Positions 39,467 through 48,723 of a DNA stretch of 64,000 nt are shown piece after piece (within the stretch, counting starts at the first letter, position 1; each line of letters opens with the position of its first letter). The notes under the pieces were generated by a model. The model worked only from the letters and a program-made list of their open reading frames with translations. It was not told the origin of the DNA and did no database searches. The position numbers were made by a program, and so were the translations under genes. The DNA is from Cyanophyceae cyanobacterium (GTDB lineage: Bacteria > Cyanobacteriota > Cyanobacteriia > Cyanobacteriales > JBHJGN01): the NCBI GenBank assembly GCA_050331735.1, contig JBHJGN010000049.1, forward strand, positions 8,780 through 72,779, written 5' to 3'.

Positions 39467-40816
39467 CTACTGATGCATAGAGCGAGAAAACTGCTTAAAC
39501 GCCTTAACGTTGTTTTGCAGAGCTTGCTCAATCGAGCCTCCAGCAGCCATCAGGCGCATCTCTCGATTGACAGCCCACAGGTAGTCAACCCCGTCGAAGA
39601 AGCGGCGCAGATCGCTCAGCAGACGCTGATGATACTTAAGATTGATGTGAAATCCTTCGTGTTCTTGACACAAACATCTTTCTAGCCAGTACAGTGAATC
39701 TTGGGCAGAGAGATTAAAGAGCGGAGACTGAAGTAGCTGATAAAACGAGAGCATAAAGGGAGCATCATGTTTGCAGATAGCCGGCAGTCCACCCGAAAGA
39801 CCATTGAGACTCACCTTTTGCACCCGATAGATAGTGAGGTTAGCAACGAATTTTTCGTAGGCCGTCGGTTTAGAGAAGTCTTTATAGAGCTCTTTCCCAA
39901 TCAGTTGAGAGGTGGTGGTGTGGAAAGATTCATCTAAAAGATGATAGTAGGATACCGCTGTTGGCACCGGAATAAACTCGCCAGCCTTCTCCAATTTTCG
40001 GTAGTACTGAACGTAGCGGTATTCATAATTTTTGAGCAGCAGGTTAGCGATATAGCGCGTGACGTAGAACAGGCAGGCTAAGAAGGGGGAACTGCCGCAG
40101 TTTAACGTGAACAACTGCTGTACTGAGCGGGGGGCTAATTGTCCGAGCAACCCCGTTGTTTGGGCTGGCAGCTTTTCCCCTTTAAGGTCCAGTTCTCGCA
40201 GGTACTGAGAATAACAATGGCCGGGTCTTAGCATTTGAGTCGTGAAGAAGCGAAAGGTAGATTCCTGGAGCGACTCGAATGGCTGCTGAGGCGCTATTCC
40301 TCTAGCAATCTGCTCGGTTCGTCTACCGTGACTAGCGGTTTTTAAGTCAGATCTTCCGAGTAGGGCTCGTTTTGTTTTCGATCCAATTCTTTGAAAGGCA
40401 TGAATATGGGAGTATTCTTGCTCGGTTTCTAGCTGGAGCTCCTGGCAGAGGGTATCGTACCCGCCCAAGCTGGCGAAAACACCCGCCGTTACCTGATTGT
40501 AAAGCACTGCATTGGCTTCGGTTGCCGCCGTTTGGCTGTATTGCCTCATCCAGTAGAGATGGTTGAGTGCTCGTTGTTGTGAGGGGGAGGCTTCTACGTA
40601 TAGCGGAGTGCCATAGAGGGTAGAAAGTTCCGGAGGACTCCAGTAATCATTAGCGTTATGAGCGTAGCTAAAGCTTTTCTCCAGCTCCTCTATTCTTTCG
40701 GTGTAGTCGGAATCAACGTTGCGCTGATAGGTAATTTCCGTTAGTTTGACGTGTTTTTTGACTCCCTGAGAGGAAGATGACAATTGGTTTTGAGGAGAGA
40801 CAAGAGTATTGAGCAT
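39467..40816 (-). CDS. CylC-family dimetal-carboxylate halogenase (AurF-like fold)
   Basis: SxLYGTPLY, ALNHLYW, ATEANAVLYN, ETEQEYSH (ExxExxH) and YYHLLDESFH (HxxDExxH); sits directly after FAAL and ACP as in cyl/col-type clusters. Confidence 0.82.
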   Translation of the reverse strand: MLNTLVSPQNQLSSSSQGVKKHVKLTEITYQRNVDSDYTERIEELEKSFSYAHNANDYWSPPELSTLYGTPLYVEASPSQQRALNHLYWMRQYSQTAATEANAVLYNQVTAGVFASLGGYDTLCQELQLETEQEYSHIHAFQRIGSKTKRALLGRSDLKTASHGRRTEQIARGIAPQQPFESLQESTFRFFTTQMLRPGHCYSQYLRELDLKGEKLPAQTTGLLGQLAPRSVQQLFTLNCGSSPFLACLFYVTRYIANLLLKNYEYRYVQYYRKLEKAGEFIPVPTAVSYYHLLDESFHTTTSQLIGKELYKDFSKPTAYEKFVANLTIYRVQKVSLNGLSGGLPAICKHDAPFMLSFYQLLQSPLFNLSAQDSLYWLERCLCQEHEGFHINLKYHQRLLSDLRRFFDGVDYLWAVNREMRLMAAGGSIEQALQNNVKAFKQFSRSMHQ

Positions 40817-40861
40817 TAATTTTTCCTGACAGATAAAGAATCTGGTGACGATGGTGGTAGT

Positions 40862-41164
40862 TTATGATTGGTCTTGGCAGTCTTGAGCAATGCGCTCAGC
40901 TAACGCCTCAATGGTGGGGTAGTTATATAGCAGAGTCGGATTGAGTTTCCGCTCGAGCCAGTCTTCCAAATCTCCAGAGAGTTCAACAGCCTCCGCAGAA
41001 TCAAGACCGTATTGCTCAAACGGAAGCGTTACATCAACCTGTTCTGGCTCTTCTTCTAGCAGTTCGGCTAAATAGTTCACGATCCAGGTTTGAATGTCTT
41101 CGGGTGAAGGAGATTTCTGGGTGGGGACTGAAACCGTTGATGGGGCGTTATTCGGTTGATTCAT
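40862..41164 (-). CDS. Stand-alone acyl carrier protein
   Basis: FEQYGLDSAEAV phosphopantetheine site and PTLLYNYPTIEALA. Confidence 0.92.
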   Translation of the reverse strand: MNQPNNAPSTVSVPTQKSPSPEDIQTWIVNYLAELLEEEPEQVDVTLPFEQYGLDSAEAVELSGDLEDWLERKLNPTLLYNYPTIEALAERIAQDCQDQS

Positions 41165-41205
41165 CAGGTTTTTTTAGTAGCAGTGCAGGTTGGGATTGAA
41201 GTTGC

Positions 41206-43032
41206 TTAGTGCTTCGATCCGGGGCTGGGGGAGAGTTGCCGGAATACCGCCTCGACCTCAGCTTGCAAATGCAAAAACTCGGCTTTATTCTGAGGATTTT
41301 CGCTCCAGTCCTCAACAACATTCAGAGTGCCGTTGAGAAATCCAGAGAGACAGGCGTACCGCTGAATTTTGCCGCTGGTTGTCCTTGGAATACTGCCAGT
41401 TTTCACGAGGACGGTGGCGTAAACCTTCAGATCGTGCTGCACGTTGACAGCTCGACGAATACTATCAACGACGTCTTTCACGTTGAGCTTGCGGAGGTAG
41501 CTGCGCTTCACTTCCTGCACAATGACCAACCGTTCTGTCCCTTTAATGGCTGCGGCAACCGCTGCCCCACAGTTGGGTCGTAGGGCGGGATGACTGTTCT
41601 CAACCGTTAGCTCAATATCTTGGGGATAGTGGTTTTGCCCGCGAATAATGATGACATCCTTAATTCTGCCAGTGATGAATAGCTCGTCATTTCGTAAAAA
41701 TCCGAGGTCTCCAGTCCGCAGAAACGGTCCTGCTCCCGTGGCTAGATGAGCCTGAAAATCCCGCTGGGTTGCGTCGGGGCGTTGCCAATAGCCCTGGGCC
41801 ACGCTCGGTCCCGCGACCCAGATTTCTCCCACTTGGTTTGCCGGACTCGGCATCAACGTGTCGGGGTCAACGATCAGGAGGTTTTGGTCCGTTAAGCTCC
41901 GACCGCAGCCAACGAGGGCTTGGCTCTCTGGGGCAGTGCTTAGTACTACTTGGTCTTGCTCGAGGGCCGCTCTCTCTACCGAGCAAATGACGGGCGGCGC
42001 CGTTTTTTCTCCGCCAGAGACGATCAAAGTCGCCTCTGCCATGCCATAGCAGGGATAAAAAGCTTCTTTGCGGAAGCCGCAGGGCGCAAACGTAGTCGCA
42101 AAGTTTTCTAGGGTTTGAGCGCGAACGGGTTCAGCCCCAACAAACGCTACCTCCCAACTGCTCAGGTCCAGACTTGCGCGCTGCTGAGCAGTAATTTTAC
42201 GCACACAGTAATCGTAAGCAAAATTAGGAGCACCGCTGATCGTTGCTTGAAGGCGAGAGATAGCCTGAAGCCACCGGAGCGGTTTTTGCAGAAAATCTAC
42301 GGACGACATCAGGGTGACGGGAAATCCGGCGTAGAGGGGCTGCAGTAATCCGCCGATCAAGCCCATATCGTGGTAAGGCGGCAGCCAGATTACTCCCTGA
42401 GTCGAGGGTGAATGAGCAAAGTACTGTTCGATGAGGTTGAGGTTGTGCATGAGGTTGCGGTGACTCACCATCACCCCCTTTGGCGTTCCCGTTGAACCCG
42501 AGGTGTATTGCAAAAACGCAATCTCGGATTTGCGGGGTTTTGCTTCCCAAGTTCCTGCCTCGTGGGGGGTGAGGTGAGCTGTCGTCAGCCAACGCAGTTT
42601 CGCTAACTCTGAATTTTCGGGAAACCACCGCTCTATACTGGTAAATAATGAGGGTGTGGTGAGAGCAACAACCGCCTGAGCATCGCCGAGAATGGCCTCC
42701 AGCCTAGCTAAGTTTTGATTGCGGCGAGGCGGATAAGCCGGAGTAGCGATCGCTCCGGCATACAAACACCCAAAGAAAGCCGCAATAAACTCTAACCCAG
42801 ACGGATACAGCAGCAAGACTGGTTTTCCGGTCGCGCCGGCTTCGAGAAGAGCGGCGGCGATCGCTCGAGCCTGTTCGTCTAATTCTCCATAGGTCAGTTT
42901 CCCAACCTCTTCTCCCTGCTGCAAAAATACATAAGTTTTTTGGTCGGGCTGACTCTGCGCTCGAGCGCGCAGTACGTCTACTAAACTCCCGACGGGCTTG
43001 CCTGGGCGCGAATAGTCGCAATAAGCCGTCAT
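41206..43032 (-). CDS. Fatty acyl-AMP ligase (FAAL)
   Basis: LQYTSGSTGTPKG, WLPPYHDMGLIG, PCYGMAEATL, FAAL insertion before LVGCG, RTGDLG and RTTSGKIQR. Confidence 0.93.
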   Translation of the reverse strand: MTAYCDYSRPGKPVGSLVDVLRARAQSQPDQKTYVFLQQGEEVGKLTYGELDEQARAIAAALLEAGATGKPVLLLYPSGLEFIAAFFGCLYAGAIATPAYPPRRNQNLARLEAILGDAQAVVALTTPSLFTSIERWFPENSELAKLRWLTTAHLTPHEAGTWEAKPRKSEIAFLQYTSGSTGTPKGVMVSHRNLMHNLNLIEQYFAHSPSTQGVIWLPPYHDMGLIGGLLQPLYAGFPVTLMSSVDFLQKPLRWLQAISRLQATISGAPNFAYDYCVRKITAQQRASLDLSSWEVAFVGAEPVRAQTLENFATTFAPCGFRKEAFYPCYGMAEATLIVSGGEKTAPPVICSVERAALEQDQVVLSTAPESQALVGCGRSLTDQNLLIVDPDTLMPSPANQVGEIWVAGPSVAQGYWQRPDATQRDFQAHLATGAGPFLRTGDLGFLRNDELFITGRIKDVIIIRGQNHYPQDIELTVENSHPALRPNCGAAVAAAIKGTERLVIVQEVKRSYLRKLNVKDVVDSIRRAVNVQHDLKVYATVLVKTGSIPRTTSGKIQRYACLSGFLNGTLNVVEDWSENPQNKAEFLHLQAEVEAVFRQLSPSPGSKH

Positions 43033-43060
43033 ATTTTACTCCTAAAAATTTTGCAGAAGC

Positions 43061-43088
43061 CTCTCAGCAAGCGCAAGCTTGCTGAGGG
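43061..43088 (-). promoter_or_regulatory. Stable hairpin in the 5' leader of the BGC operon
   Basis: CTCAGCAAGC, 4-nt loop, GCTTGCTGAG: perfect 10-bp stem about 30 nt upstream of the FAAL ATG. Confidence 0.5.
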
Positions 43089-43964
43089 CCACTGACAGCG
43101 GACTTAGTTCCTGCTACGGTTGCGTGGCCGAGCTAAGCGCTCCCCTTCTGCTTGACCTAGCCCAGCGAGCTTCCGGGTTTTCTCTGACGAAAGTACCCTA
43201 GAACCAGTTACTACTACCACCCTAGTGATTTTGCCGCTGCCGGCCCATAAATCGCCAGCACAACGTTTCGCTGCCTGAGTCGTGTTCCAGTGGGAAAAAC
43301 AGCAAGGCTCAGGGTTAGCCAGAGAAAGGCAGCTACGTTGGCTCTAACCAATTAGAATTTTCAGATGAACCGCCGACTGCTTTTGCGTTTGTAGCTCTTC
43401 ATCAGCAGTGGGCTCCTGAGGATTGGCGATATAATCGTGACCAATCACTCATAAACAAGTTACTTATTAGCAACCGAAAATATGGCATAATGGCATCATC
43501 TCCGTTTGTATGTGCTTCAAGGGTGCTACATTCGGGGACATATGCCTAGGTTCAGTGGTACCAGCACTGAGCTTAGGCGCATCCACGATATTGTATTTCT
43601 GACGCAGAGCGGGTGTCTGTACGTTATACGACTAAACAACTTCTTGGTAGTGTATTAGCTTTAGTTCTAAACTCTAACCCGAGCTAAAGCAATTGAGTTC
43701 CAAGATAATATTGTTGCCATTCTAAAGACTAGTCTACCGAGCTCAGCTAAGGCAATTTGTATCTCCGTAAACACTTTACCAAAACTTTAAACAAGCGGAA
43801 AAGAAAAGCTGAGTAGCGGTTCAGGCCACCGGAAAAGGCTTGGATGAAAAACGGTGGGTTTAAATTAAAAATAGAGCAAAATTGGCTTTCAGGAGTCTTT
43901 CTCTAGGTAGAACTTATCCAAATGACGCCAGCAACTCGCCGAGAACAAAGGCGTGTCACTGTCG

Positions 43965-45023
43965 CTAAGAATCAGTAAACACCTTTAAAGACTGGGGATT
44001 AACCACTAACCGGACGGATATTCCTTCTGGTAGACGGATGTTTGCGGTCGTCCGAGCATACAGATGTTTGCCAGACGGAATTTCTAGGCAGTAGCGGTAC
44101 TCTCTTCCTAAAAACTGCCGCTCTACAATTCGGACAGGCGAGGAATCGTCGGGGATGAGAACGATATCTTCTTGACGAAGCATCAGCTCACTATCTTTGC
44201 TGCCATTGAGGTGACTGGCTGTTGGCAGGAGCCACTCTCCGAGCTCAGTTTGCCAGCGCTCACCGGAGCGGGTAGCGGTCAGAAAATTAGCTCCGGTGAC
44301 AAATTCAGCGACAAATCGAGAAGTAGGATGGGCATACAGCTCTTCTGGCGTACCAATTTGCTCAATTCTTCCCTGGCGCATCACGGCAACGCGATCGGAA
44401 ATAGCGAGAGCTTCTTCGCGATCGTGAGTGACAAAAATAGCCGAAGTATGAGCCGCTTTGAGAATGCGGCGCACTTCCTGGCGGAGTCGCTGACGCACCT
44501 GAACGTCCAAATTACTGAGTGGTTCATCCAGCAGCATCATGGCTGGCTGAGGCGCTAAAGCTCTGGCGAGGGCGACTCGCTGTTGCTGACCCCCCGATAG
44601 CTGATGAGGATATCGCTTTTCTAGCTCAGACAAACCAACCAAAGCAAGCACTTCAGCCACCCGCTTCTGCTTCTGCTGAGCGCTGCCCCGCAGTCCAAAC
44701 GCGATATTGCGAGCGACAGTTAAGTGGGGAAAGAGAGCATAATCTTGAAACACCATGCCAGTATGACGTTTTTCTGGAGGAACCCACCTGTGAGCGCTAG
44801 AGACGATCTGTCCGGCTAACTGAACGGTTCCGGCAGAGGGATGCTCAAATCCGGCTAGAATTCTGAGTAAGGTCGTCTTGCCACAGCCTGATGGTCCGAG
44901 CAGCCCCAGCAATTCTCCCTGATTGAGGGTCAAGCTAACGTTGTCCAGCGCAGGAGCCGCAGGAGCCGCGAATTTTTTAGTAATGTTCTCCAAATAAAGA
45001 AGTGCTGGTTGTGTCATGCCCAT
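43965..45023 (-). CDS. futC: Fe3+-type ABC transporter ATP-binding subunit (FutC/FbpC-like)
   Basis: GPSGCGKT, VFQDYALFPH, LSGGQQQR, LLDEP and C-terminal TOBE-like domain. Substrate assignment is by family resemblance only. Confidence 0.7.
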   Translation of the reverse strand: MGMTQPALLYLENITKKFAAPAAPALDNVSLTLNQGELLGLLGPSGCGKTTLLRILAGFEHPSAGTVQLAGQIVSSAHRWVPPEKRHTGMVFQDYALFPHLTVARNIAFGLRGSAQQKQKRVAEVLALVGLSELEKRYPHQLSGGQQQRVALARALAPQPAMMLLDEPLSNLDVQVRQRLRQEVRRILKAAHTSAIFVTHDREEALAISDRVAVMRQGRIEQIGTPEELYAHPTSRFVAEFVTGANFLTATRSGERWQTELGEWLLPTASHLNGSKDSELMLRQEDIVLIPDDSSPVRIVERQFLGREYRYCLEIPSGKHLYARTTANIRLPEGISVRLVVNPQSLKVFTDS

Positions 45024-45416
45024 ACCGTATTCAAAACCACCGGCTCAAACCTCACCGGCTAACTAGCTATTAAGCTCGAACAACCTTTACTGACCAATAG
45101 AGGTAGCCTGTGGCTATCGAGACTGCCTAATACTATCCTTAGCAGATTTTGGTAGCTGCTTTAAGCAAGTTCAAGATCAGGAACACTCAGCAGAAATTAA
45201 GCCGGTTGATTTAAGGTTCAATAGAATAGCAACTCGCTGTTCGCTAATCTGCTTGAGGACGCTGTGGCAGTGATTGCACGACCGGAGAAAATAGTATCCG
45301 CTATTGTCTGAGAAGCCGTTAGCCACAGCTTGAACGGAGAGCTTTAGCCCGAATAGCTTACAGCTCGTTGCTTTTTGAGCTTAGCTCCCGCTCAGGATTC
45401 TCGTGGAGCTCCCCAT

Positions 45417-45460
45417 TTTTGGTAAATTTGACTATAATATTATGGTAAGAATAACTATAA
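45417..45460. promoter_or_regulatory. Two tandem NrtR-type operators upstream of nadA
   Basis: TTTTGGT-AAATTTG-ACTATAA (45417-45437) and TTATGGT-AAGAATA-ACTATAA (45440-45460): 21-bp GT-N7-AC pseudo-palindromes ending 30 nt before nadA. Confidence 0.75.
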
Positions 45461-45490
45461 TTAGCTCACAGTAACGCTTTATCTCTGCCA

Positions 45491-46450
45491 GTGTTTACAA
45501 CCGTCCTTCCTCAATCTGAATCACTAATGCCTCGCGATCTCTCGAGCGCGATTGACGCTCTTAAGCAAGAGCTAAAGGCAGTCGTCTTGGCTCACTACTA
45601 CCAAGATCCCGACATTCAAGATATTGCTGATTACATTGGTGATTCCCTCGGTCTTTCTCAGCAAGCAGCGGCAACAGACGCGGATGTTATTGTCTTTGCG
45701 GGAGTACACTTCATGGCAGAAACCGCTAAAATTCTTAACCCTCATAAACTGGTGCTGCTGCCGGATTTAGAGGCAGGCTGCTCCTTGGCCGATAGCTGTC
45801 CTCCTGATGAGTTTGCGGCGTTCAAGGCGGCTCATCCGGGACATCTGGTAGTGTCTTACATCAACTGCTCCGCCCAAATCAAGGCGATGAGCGATATTAT
45901 CTGTACCAGCTCTAACGCTGTTAAGATTGTCAACCAAATTCCTCCAGACCAGCCGATTATTTTTGCCCCTGACAGGAATTTGGGCCGCTACGTCATGCAG
46001 CAAACCGGGCGAGATTTAGTGTTGTGGTCCGGTAGCTGTATTGTTCACGAAACGTTTTCAGAGAAGAAAATAGTTTTACTAAAGATGGAGTATCCTGAGG
46101 CAGAAGTCGTCGCTCACCCCGAATGCGAACCGGCTGTCCTGCGTCACGCTAGCTACATTGGCTCTACCACGGCCTTGCTCAGATACTGCCAGCAAAGCCC
46201 CAGCGAATCATTTATTGTGGCGACCGAGCCAGGAATTATCCACCAAATGCAGAAAGAAGCCCCCCGAAAACGTTTTATTCCCGCTCCACCAACCAATAGC
46301 TGCAATTGCAACGAGTGTCCCTATATGCGGCTTAATACCCTCGAAAAGCTCTACCTGGCTATGAAAAATCGCTCGCCGGAAATCCAAATGGAGGAAGAGG
46401 TGCGAGTTGCCGCTCTGCGTCCTATTCAGAGAATGCTCGAGCTATCTTAA
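45491..46450 (+). CDS. nadA: Quinolinate synthase A
   Basis: [40 protein letters not shown] and CPYM motifs. Confidence 0.96.
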   Translation: MFTTVLPQSESLMPRDLSSAIDALKQELKAVVLAHYYQDPDIQDIADYIGDSLGLSQQAAATDADVIVFAGVHFMAETAKILNPHKLVLLPDLEAGCSLADSCPPDEFAAFKAAHPGHLVVSYINCSAQIKAMSDIICTSSNAVKIVNQIPPDQPIIFAPDRNLGRYVMQQTGRDLVLWSGSCIVHETFSEKKIVLLKMEYPEAEVVAHPECEPAVLRHASYIGSTTALLRYCQQSPSESFIVATEPGIIHQMQKEAPRKRFIPAPPTNSCNCNECPYMRLNTLEKLYLAMKNRSPEIQMEEEVRVAALRPIQRMLELS

Positions 46451-46600
46451 CTCAGCGATCAGTTGTCGGTTTAGCTAATCGCTTGCTTACTGGTCACTGT
46501 TACATCAATTCAGAGTGGGGAATGTCCCCTTTAGGAAAGCTGGGAAGAGCAAAGCTCGCAATTGGGCTGTTGACAACAGAGGCACAAACCGATTGTTGCT

Positions 46601-46628
46601 CTTTGCCCTTTCCCCGTCACGGAGCGAC
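46601..46628 (-). repeat. Small dispersed repeat, partial copy (GTCGC-TCC-GYGAC hairpin + purine heptamers)
   Basis: Minus strand reads GTCGCTCCGTGACGGGGAAAGGGCAAAG immediately after the pgl stop. Confidence 0.6.
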
Positions 46629-47348
46629 TTATTTCATCCCCTCCCCTGCGGCGGCGTCTAACAGCCACCACAGTTCTCCTTGAGGCTGCACCAAGCGCGC
46701 GGGGTAGGCGCGCTCGTCTGCGGCAGCAGCAAAAATTTGCTGGAGCGCTGAGCGTTTGTTGGCTCCCGACACGATAAAAATGACGCAACGAGCCTGATTC
46801 AGCAGGGGAACCGTAAACGTAATCCGGGGTTGACCCTCTTTGTGGCCCACCGTCACCAGGCGATCGCGGACGGCCAAAGCTTCAGTATGAGGGAATAGCG
46901 AGGCGGTATGGCCATCGTCACCAAGACCGAGCAAAATCATGTCGAAGGCTGGCACCTCGCCTTCAGAGGTCTTAAAAGTCTGGCGCAGTTCCCTCTCGTA
47001 CTGTTCCGCGTCTGCTTCCGGCGACGCTGCCCCCGTTGGCACCGGGTGAACGTTGGCGCTGGGAATAGAAACTCGATTGAGCCAAGCCTGACGCGCCATC
47101 TTTTGGTTGCTGTCGGCATGCTCGGCGCTGACGTAGCGTTCGTCTCCCCAAAATACCTGCACTTTTTCCCAGGGTAACGACTGCTCTGCTAGAGCTTCAT
47201 AGAGGGGTTTGGGAGTACTCCCTCCTGCAAGAGCGATGGTGCATTCTCCCCGTTCTTGGATAGCTGCCTGGACTTTTTCAATGACAACCGCCAGCGATCG
47301 CTCAATCAGAGCATTTTTGTCTGGGAGAACCTCAACTTGTTGATTCAT
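46629..47348 (-). CDS. pgl: 6-phosphogluconolactonase
   Basis: ALAGGSTP, FWGDERYV, LGLGDDGHTASLFP and RITFT motifs. Confidence 0.95.
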   Translation of the reverse strand: MNQQVEVLPDKNALIERSLAVVIEKVQAAIQERGECTIALAGGSTPKPLYEALAEQSLPWEKVQVFWGDERYVSAEHADSNQKMARQAWLNRVSIPSANVHPVPTGAASPEADAEQYERELRQTFKTSEGEVPAFDMILLGLGDDGHTASLFPHTEALAVRDRLVTVGHKEGQPRITFTVPLLNQARCVIFIVSGANKRSALQQIFAAAADERAYPARLVQPQGELWWLLDAAAGEGMK

Positions 47349-47648
47349 CTTCTATTCGACTCTTTTGTATTCCTACTGATAGCATGGACGAAAAATCTTA
47401 ATTAATTATGGTGCTGTCGATGAAAAACTGATCAAAACTTAGCGTTTAAGCAGGCATTGACCCAGGAAGCCATCTAAGTCCCTGTAGTTCTTGAATCAGT
47501 CAATATATTGCTCCTCTTCCTGGCTGTAGTGCATGGGCGACGATGCCGTTTTTCTCAATTATTTTGCCCTCAGAGATTAAAATGTGATCTCGCCAGGGAA
47601 AACTAAACTAACAAAAAAGCTTATTCTTTTACTCAGTGACAGATAGCT

Positions 47649-48446
47649 ATGAACACCCCCTCTCCTGTTTCCTCCTATACATCGTTATGCCTAAAGCTAG
47701 TCGGAGCGATTTTGATTCTTTCTTCACTCATTGACTACCTTGCTTTAGCAATTCCCTTTAATGCTTTAGACTCTGATTGGCAAATCAACTTTACCACTCA
47801 AATTGTCGATCGAGGAATTGTTCCGCTGGTGGGCATTATTTTTCTCCTCATCGGCTACTGGATCGACAGCAGCGTTAACACCGGAGGCAAATCTCTTGAC
47901 CTTAGAGTACCCGTTTTTGTGCTCGCTAGTTTTTTGGGTCTGTTATTTCTTCTGTTAGTGCCTTTGCATCTCAATAATCTTCGCGTCGCCAGCAGTAATG
48001 TGATTGAACAAATCGAGCAAGGAGCTGGCGAAGCGGAAACGCGAATTCAAAGTCAGTTTAATCAGCTTAATGCTCTATCTCAAGACCCGCAACGTCTGCA
48101 ACAGCTCAACCAACAGCTAGCACAAATTGATCAGGCTCTCAGCAGCGGTCAATTTCAGGGACAGCCGCTGCAAGCCGAGCAGCGCCAGCAGCTTCAGCAA
48201 ACCAGAACTCAGCTCCAAAATCTCCGCGAGCTATCTCAAAATCCAGAAGCGCTTGAAGCCAGACTGACTGAACTTCAGGTTCAGCTCCAAGACCAAAAGC
48301 TCGAACGGGAAAATCGCGCTAGAACAGAAGCACTTAAGCAAGGTTTGCGGATTGGCTTAAGTAGCTTGATGCTGGCTATCGGTTACATTGCCGTAGGGTG
48401 GCTCGGGTTACGCGGTCTCAGTCGCTCCAAACCCGCTCGTCGCTGA
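47649..48446 (+). CDS. HpsJ-family membrane protein
   Basis: Three N-terminal TMs with WQ..FTTQIVDRGIVPLVG, Q-rich coiled coil and C-terminal TM. Confidence 0.7.
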   Translation: MNTPSPVSSYTSLCLKLVGAILILSSLIDYLALAIPFNALDSDWQINFTTQIVDRGIVPLVGIIFLLIGYWIDSSVNTGGKSLDLRVPVFVLASFLGLLFLLLVPLHLNNLRVASSNVIEQIEQGAGEAETRIQSQFNQLNALSQDPQRLQQLNQQLAQIDQALSSGQFQGQPLQAEQRQQLQQTRTQLQNLRELSQNPEALEARLTELQVQLQDQKLERENRARTEALKQGLRIGLSSLMLAIGYIAVGWLGLRGLSRSKPARR

Positions 48447-48493
48447 ACCCTGGTCAGTTTAGGGCCGGATGAGGAAGGGGGAACGGAGAAAAT

Positions 48494-48570
48494 GTCGCTC
48501 CGCGACGGGAAAACAGAGAGCTCAGGCCTGAGCTTGGTAATTCCTTCTTTTCTCCCGCGCCTCCGGCGCT
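48494..48570 (+). repeat. Small dispersed repeat with two terminal micro-hairpins
   Basis: GTCGCTCCGCGACGGGA ... TTTTCTCCCGCGCCTCCGGCGCT; both ends shared with 55996-56054. Confidence 0.65.
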
Positions 48571-48687
48571 TTTCCTTACCTGCACCCGCGGTGCATCCCC
48601 AACCGAGAGTAAAATGTAAAGTAGAATGCCAAAGCCCAACAAATCTACCCAGTTCTGAGCTAAATTAGAGATATGGGGATCTTTGTC

Positions 48688-48717
48688 TTGTCAAGATTTG
48701 CAATGATTCTTTACAAT
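48688..48717 (+). promoter_or_regulatory. Sigma70-type promoter for the putative 6S RNA
   Basis: TTGTCA-N18-TACAAT, ending about 7 nt before the structured RNA. Confidence 0.6.
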
Positions 48718-48723
48718 AAGCAC

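Noticed and set aside
39467..40816. AurF-type arylamine N-oxygenase
   Set aside because: Same fold family, but the length, motif spacing and FAAL-ACP context fit CylC-type halogenases, and there are no aminobenzoate genes.
31359..43032. Canonical heterocyst glycolipid (hgl), olefin synthase (ols), cylindrocyclophane or bartoloside cluster
   Set aside because: No multi-ACP iterative HglE-type synthase, no sulfotransferase-TE, no type III PKS or HMG cassette, and no dialkylresorcinol enzymes.
43965..45023. ABC ATPase as the exporter of the BGC product
   Set aside because: It is an importer-type ATPase with a TOBE-like domain and no permease, and cyanobacterial fut genes are commonly scattered.
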